Shown here piece after piece: positions 49,930 through 56,605 of a stretch of DNA of 56,605 nucleotides. Position 1 is the stretch's first letter, and each line of letters starts with the position of its first letter. The DNA comes from Spirogloea muscicola. Taxonomy: Eukaryota. A program made the position numbers and the translations under genes. Where the stretch lies: positions 363,737 through 420,341 of the forward strand of contig WELB01000029.1 of the NCBI GenBank assembly GCA_009602725.1. Reading direction: 5' to 3'. The notes beneath the pieces were generated by a model that did not search any database, was not told the origin of the DNA, and saw only the letters and a program-made list of their open reading frames with translations.

Positions 49930-52900
49930 CTATTCTCCAACTTCCACGGGGTTCCCAGCAACTTTGAAGTGCTGGTAGTACCTGTTACAAGAGAGCAGAG
50001 GCAAAAGACTTGAGTCTTTGAAGGCCACTGAAGGTGCAGACGCTGTAACCGTCTAGGTCACTTGCACTGTTGACTTGTCTGATGGCCCACAGTGAGGCAT
50101 CTGAGGACAGCTGACGGTAAAGTATGTCAAGGTGAGGGTGAAAGAGTGCAGATTCATGAAAGAGAGGCGGCCAGTGCTCACTCCATGGCTTCTACCAAGC
50201 GGTCACCAATCTCTTCTGCACTTGCAATCGTGGCACCTGGGCCTGACTGCATGTCAGCTGTTCTGACCCCATCCGCCAGAAGCGACCTCATGGCCTGCTG
50301 CAGTAAGTCTGCCAACACCGGCTGGTAGCAACAAGAAGGTGTCACCACGCGTGTTCATAGAGTGACAAAACATTGGCGGTGAATTCCACTAATGCGAGCT
50401 GAGGTAAGATGACCAGGTTGGTCATGTGCTTAAGCATTTGCCAGGCATGCAAATTGGCAGGTATAGGGTTTAAAATTAGGGGATGTTAGAATTTAGGTTT
50501 TAAGTTTAGGGTTTAGGGTTCAGGGGTTTAGGGAGGAAGGTAGAATGGAACGGACCTGCTGGAGTTGATACCGGAGCATCATTGAAACTGACCGCAAGAG
50601 TCCAAAGGGATTGGCTGCCCTTCCGCCAAGCTCACCAGCTAACCTTCACTTACAAGACGAAGACAAGGAGCATTTGCCTTGTAAGCTCTCAGAAGAGCAG
50701 GTGTTCTCCAGTACTGAGAAGGTTAAAGTACGTCCTAGACCTCGACTACAGACTCACCATCAACTATGCATGTCCTCAATAAGTCAAGATACTCTGCCAG
50801 CAGGAATTACCCAAAGAGGCCAGGCTTGTCCCCTGCGCTTAATTCAGCGGATGGAGCAAAGCGGACACCACCCGTGATGCCCCTGGCTGTCTCAACCAGG
50901 ACATCACCCAGCAGATTCGCCAGCACAACTACGTCGTACTTTGTAGGCCGCTGGACACACGCCATGTAAGCTAGTGAGGGTGTTTCAGAACAATCTCAAA
51001 GGGGGGACTTTACAAAGAGTGCTGTCAAGCAGCACAAATAGGCCACGCTCCATTCACTTGATACTAGGAAAGCCAAGTGGCAGAAAAGAGCTATAGCTCT
51101 GGCTAGCAAAGTGACCCGTGTCCTTGAGCTATTACACCTCACAGGATAGCATTCACAACTATCAATGTTGTGCTATTTAACATGGATGTGCAGATTTTGC
51201 TAACAGAGAAGTGGGAACATAGACATATGAAGAGGCACAGAGGTGTGGACTTGATCGCAGACCTGGACAAGACGGCTGGCAAAGAGGTCAGCGAGCTCGT
51301 GATGCACCTCCACATCCGGATACTCTGTTTCGCCAACTCTGGTCACAACCTGACATAGCAGTTGACCCGCTGTTTGCTTGAGCAAACGTCCCCGAAGGCT
51401 GCACTCTCAGCTTGCAGACTTGTACTTTCATAGCTAGGTATCTAGCCAATAATCAGTGCTTACATATCTATGCAATCTGCCTAAGAAATTACAGTATATA
51501 AGATTGTCAAAGATAAGCACCAGGGTGAGCAGGCCCTGCTTCCACGAAAAGGGATCAAGAGCGAAGTACCTCACGCCAGAGTCGACTGACTTCAAGGTAG
51601 TTGGCGAGGTCGACGGATGTCAGGCGGCGGCTGCGAGCTCTCGCAATGTCGAATGCAGCCCGGGCAATGCGCTCGACTTGCTGGCCAGAGTATGCAGCGG
51701 TGCTGAAGGCCCGCTCGTCTCCGCCTGGCAGCGGCTCCCTGCCCTGACACAAGAGAAGCGAGCACACTCGCTTCACGCCGGGCGGCTCCTTGACAGAGCT
51801 TCAACCTCCGTGCAATAGCACAATGACGTCTCACAAGACGTGCATTGGAGACATGGGTGCCTCTCCCCCAGTCACCTGTTCACCGGTGTAGATTCCGCCA
51901 CTGATCTCGCGGACAAAGATGAGGTCGGTGCCGCGGATGACCTCGGTCTTCAGCAGGTAGTCATTCTCCAGCTGGGGGAAGGCCAGGGCGGGCGAGAGCT
52001 GCCAGAAGAGGTCCATCTCTGCCCGCAGCTTCAGCAGCGTCTGGGAGCGGAGCGGTGATCCCAGCGGGCCCTGCGCTCAGATAACAACTATGTGTGCGCT
52101 GAGTCCAAGTCTCGCCAACGTCCTCATCCAGTGGCTTGGGCTTGCTGTGCTTCTGCTAAGGCCTTGGTTAGTCTAGGATGCCCGCAGGAATGCGGAAACA
52201 TACCCAAACAGCCTGCACACCACCGCTTTGTGCTCATGCCTTGTACAGTCCCCAGTCTGACTGGAACCGATGTATACTCTGTTTCTGAAGCTGCTTCTGC
52301 AAAGTAAAGCCACGAGTAACAGCTACAAGGTCTTTGGCCAGGCAGATGGATACGCCAAGTGGGTCAGACTTGGTCGCAGCGTCGGTCGGTACAGTAAGCT
52401 GTGCCTGTGACTCCATCTCAGCCCCTGATGTGATAGCCTGAGTTAATGAAGCAAAATCGGAGCTCATTGACGAGGTGAGAGAACCCACCTCGTTGCCCTC
52501 GACCGTGACCTTGCTCCCGATGCCGCCGAGCAGGACGGCGTCGCAGGCCTTGCACTGCTCCACCGTCTCGGGCGGCAGCGACTGCCCGGTCGCCTCAATG
52601 GCCGCGTTGCCGATCAGGGCGTCGGCGATGTCGAAGTCGACGCCGGAGCACTCCTCCAGCGCTTTGAGGGCCTTCTTCGCAATGGACATGACCTCGGGGC
52701 CCTGCGTGCACATAACAGAGAATTAGACTAACCATCGTACTAATGTAACAATAAGTGTGCTCCACATAAGTCAATGTGGAGCATTGGACGAGGCCGACGG
52801 CTGACGGCTCACGGCCCACGGCTGACGGCTCACGACCGGCGGCCGACGACTGGCGGCCGACGGCTGACGGGCTGAGGACTGGAGGCGGATGGCTGCTTCG

Positions 52901-53204
52901 GAACTCTTGTGAAGCGCGAGCAGGAGCACCAAAGCCGGCACCCGCCGTTGAGCCGGCGGCGGCGGCGGCGGCGGCGGCTCGAGGGCGTCAGCCGAGCGCA
53001 CCTGGCCGTCACCCGGCAGCGTGCGGATGACGAAGCGCGCCTTGGTGATGGTCTTGCGGGCCTCGCCCGCCGCCACCGCGGCGGCGCGGCAGGCGCCGCC
53101 ANAGGGAGCCGCGAGCTCCACGACACTTACCGGCCTCCGCCAAGTCCCGCTGCAGCACCCCGCTGCCATAGGGGCGCCGCGGCGGCGGCGGCAGCGGCGG
53201 CCAT
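49930..53204 (-). CDS. 3-isopropylmalate dehydrogenase-like protein, divergent, with a probable plastid transit peptide
   Basis: LPGDGQGPEV; ALIGNAAIEATGQSLPPETVEQCKACDAVLLGGIG; LLKLR; GTDLIFVREISGGIYTG; VERIARAAFDIARAR; SVDLAN..SRLWRE; NLLGDVL; ANPFG..SMMLRYQL; LADGVRTAD. It ends either at TGA 50178 or, after one more intron, at TAG 49930. Confidence 0.85.
50464..50533 (+). repeat. Degenerate interstitial telomere-like (TTTAGGG) tract in an intron
   Basis: ..tttaggttttaagtttagggtttagggttcaggggtttaggg. Confidence 0.65.
52793..52870. repeat. Degenerate 7-bp tandem repeat (ACGGCTG/ACGGCTC) in an intron
   Basis: gccgacggctgacggctcacggcccacggctgacggctcacg.. Confidence 0.75.
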
Positions 53205-54061
53205 GGCGGCCGGGCGAGGACGGAGGGGGGGGGGGGTTTGGGTCCGGCCGTGAAAGTATCAACGGTGGTGCGGATTGCCTCGGCGGCGGCCTGGCCAGCG
53301 CCACTTGGCCTCCTCACGGCGAGAACTCGGGCGGGGGGCACCGGAGATTCGGGATAAAAGCTTTGGGTTGCTGGATTTAGGTTTTCTGTTTCTGGCATGA
53401 GGATTTGCCTTCTGTCATCCTCTTTCGGGGCTGGCCCCTCTGCTATGACCGCATTGCCGATCCGTGCCATCCTTAGACCACCCCGGCTCTCACTTCTGTA
53501 TGGTGGCTACACACAGGCAATGCTCGGTCAGGCAGCGCGGCCGTCCCACATGCCTTCTACTTTGTATCTGCCTCGCTCAAGGGACTTGGCACTGCTCAAG
53601 TTCTGGTTTTCAGTCTTCATGCAGGAGCATAGAATCGACTGCTGCCCATGCATTGCTTGTGGGCTTAGGTTTTGATGGACCTGTTCGGGGCTTGTGACTT
53701 TCAAAGCCAACGTCACACCTACCCTTGAAACCTTGTATCAGCGGAGGTAGCTCTCTTTCTGCAGTCAACCAGATTGGCTTGGGGTCCTTCACCTTTCGCT
53801 TCTGACCAGTCACACCACTTGTCAATGCAGCAGGCCTTGTTGGACAGTGTTTCTTAGGCTCCAATGCACTTAGACGCAAGCCTAAGTCTGAGAGGAAGAG
53901 CAAGTTGTGCCCTATGCACAGATGGTGAGTGCAAGGTGATTGACATCTTTGGAACAATTTTCCCTGAAGTAAACCACTTCAAGTAGGAGCATAGCCTGAA
54001 TGGGGAGCCAAATCCCATGGGTTGTCTTCACTGTTTGTTGCAGACAGGAGTGTTGCAAAGC

Positions 54062-56558
54062 TCACTTGTTGACAAACTCAATGCCTTTATCAATGCTGGC
54101 CTTCAGCTCACCCTTGAGCTTCTCCAGACCTTGCCTGATTGAGCAATGCCACATCGCAAACAACCAAAATGAGATGGCAGGCTGCTGCTCGAGCAGGATG
54201 GCTGAACCTGATCACTGCAATTAGTGCAAATCTGAGATGCACACTTTGCTCAATAGTGCTGGATGCGCGAGAGTTGGGGACAATGTGCTACATGCAATGT
54301 GTGGCAGTGTGCTCTGCTTTAGATCTAGAGTCCTTTGATGCAAGACCACCCTACCTTTCGAAGGTGTTCAAAGGCCCGAGTGGAAGGATCTCCTCTGCAC
54401 CATTTCTGCCAAGTACTACTCTAGAAGCGAAGAATGGCAGCTCGGTGACCTGCAGAGCAGGTCCCAGCCAGCCTCTATTAGAAAGTGATAGCAAGTGGAC
54501 TTGTTTCGCAGTTCAAGCTTGCACGCCAGCACGAGCAGCTCTTTACAAGGACAGTATTGAAGGTTCAGCTTACAGTCGCAGTACCTGGGACTCTACAAAT
54601 GCACATTCAATAATTCCACCTTCCCCACGGAGAGCTCTGAGGCAGGATTCTGCAAATTTAGCGGCTGCGTATGCCTGCACATGACTCTCAGCAGAGACGA
54701 ACATGTAAGTGCAACGCTGGAGGATCATGTGCAACATTGACGACGTACAGGCATGAGCAAAGTTCTCAGCATGTACAATTGCTCAAACTCTCAAGCCTGT
54801 CTTATCCAGGCTACAAGTAAGCACCCCACCATTCAAGCTTACCATGGAGAGAGTTGCTGAGCCAGCCCCTGCCTTGGCCTGAAATGATGCCAGAGTGGCT
54901 TTACCCAACCAGCACATATCAGGACCAGCGAACCAGGATGATCAAGCCACTATTGCAGAGCATGCTAGAAGGCCTGCAACTGATAGGCAACTTACAATTC
55001 AGCGTGCATACACTGCTGCTTGCTATAATCTGAAGCTGATCAACTCAGACAGTGTCAGATGCATGTACCTTCACAACTTCTGTCCCACCATCTTGCACCC
55101 GTGCTGTCAGGGCCTCTGCCTCCTCTTGCGTTAATGAGAGAGGCGGCTTTGCCTGCAGGGGCAAACACACCTATTAGCCCCCATAATCTGTTTATGTAGG
55201 CTTCCAAGTGCAGGCATGTGGACATGGTAGATAGTCATGCTCTCCGCTTCTTGTAGTGTCAATGGCAACAGAGACACCGGCTCCCAAAGATATCCTTGTC
55301 TCCGCTAGACAGCCTCGGGGCTGCAAAGAATTGAAGGATGGCTTCAAGGATGACACTGGTGCATCAGAACTAGTAACATTCTGTCTCAATTACACCACGA
55401 AGCAACCATACCTGGGAAAGCAGAGGCAAAATCGTGACTCCAGCATGCCCCCCAACTACAGGAATATTGACATCCTTAGGATCTAAGCCCACAATCTCGG
55501 CCTGCAAGCACTCAAATCACAGAGCATCACTTTTCAGCATTGTTGGCTTGAATGAGTAGACCAAAGAGCCCTCATAGACCATGGAGCAGGATCAATGTCC
55601 TACCTCTTAGACACGAGGAAAATTGTCTAGTGAAGGTCATTGCTCATGCATGACAGCAGTAACTACGTACCGCAAATGTGTTAGCACGAACAACGTCCAA
55701 GGTTGTCACACCAAGCAATTTCCTCGGGTCATAGACTCCAGCCTTCTTCAACACTTCAGCCGCAATTGGTACTGTGGAGTTCACTGGGTTGCTGATGATG
55801 TTAATGAAGGCATTGGGGCAGTACTTGGCTACACCTTCAATGAGCGTCTTCACAATGCCTGCATTGATGTTGAAGAGATCGTCTCTGGTCATGCCCGGCT
55901 TCCTTGGCACTCCAGCTGGTATGATGACCACATCCACACCGCTGAGAGCACCTTCAAGCTGAGAAGGCCCCAAGAATCCTCGGACCTAGTAGAGCAGCAG
56001 TGGCCAAGCGAGCGTGAGCTTGTGTTGCGCTGAAAGCAAGCAATGCTTGCAAGACGAGTCGAGATGCTAGTGAGCTGTCCCATCACAGTCCATCACGATC
56101 ATGCACCAGATCTGCATATCTTTAATGTACCACTGTCGAGGAGTTGATATGGCTGATGTCCGCAGTCACGCCTGGCGTGTTGGCAACATCGTACAGGTTC
56201 AGTGTGGCCACATTGGGGCAGAGCTTCATGAGGAGAGACAGGGATTGGCCAATGCCGCCGGCAGCTCCAAGGATGGCCACTTTGAACCCGCTGGCCGCGC
56301 CCTTGGCGCGCGTGCCCTCGAGGCGAAGGCATCCGGCATCCTGCGCCGTGGGATAAATAGCACACGATGGCCTGATCAAGAGGAGGCAGCGAACAATGGC
56401 CTGATCAAGAGGAAGCAGCCAACGAAGGCCTGATCAAGTCGTGCAGAAGTCGCGGCAGCCGGCGGTATGGCGCCCGGCCAGAGGCTGCGGACCTGGCCGA
56501 GCTCCGCGGGCGGCCGCAGGTGCGCGGCGATGCGGCCGATGCGCGCGCGGGGGTCCAT
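54062..56558 (-). CDS. PMDH: Peroxisomal/glyoxysomal NAD-malate dehydrogenase with PTS2; 9 exons
   Basis: [14 protein letters not shown] (PTS2 RIx5HL); [97 protein letters not shown]. Confidence 0.96.
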
Positions 56559-56605
56559 GCTTCGCCGGCGGCGGCCTTGCCTCTGGCAGCTCCCGGCCGC
56601 TCGCC

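Overview
Intron-rich, GC-rich eukaryotic nuclear DNA from a green plant lineage, most likely a streptophyte alga. This is inferred from plant-type gene orthologues, short GT-AG introns, TTTAGGG-type motifs and (GCC)n-rich gene starts. Recognisable spliced genes: an alpha/beta-hydrolase (-), tRNA-dihydrouridine synthase DUS3 (-), a D-isomer 2-hydroxyacid dehydrogenase (+), a single-domain rhodanese (-), a divergent 3-isopropylmalate-dehydrogenase-like gene (-) and a PTS2-bearing peroxisomal malate dehydrogenase (-). The largest gene (~13.4 kb, ~36 exons, +) encodes a secreted protein with a bacterial-type DMFase-beta-like/Ig/DUF4082 architecture joined to extensin-like Pro-rich linkers. Between the genes lie many 5'-truncated copies of a CRE-like (restriction-like endonuclease) non-LTR retrotransposon, including a nested cluster with readable target-site duplications. 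Most notable: (1) the probable bacteria-derived, intronised cell-wall protein; (2) the IPMDH homologue lacking catalytic residues; (3) CTT-primed, self-nesting retroelement insertions; (4) a perfect 54-bp hairpin. Exon boundaries were read by eye and are approximate, family calls rest on motif recognition rather than database searches, and N gaps hide some exons.
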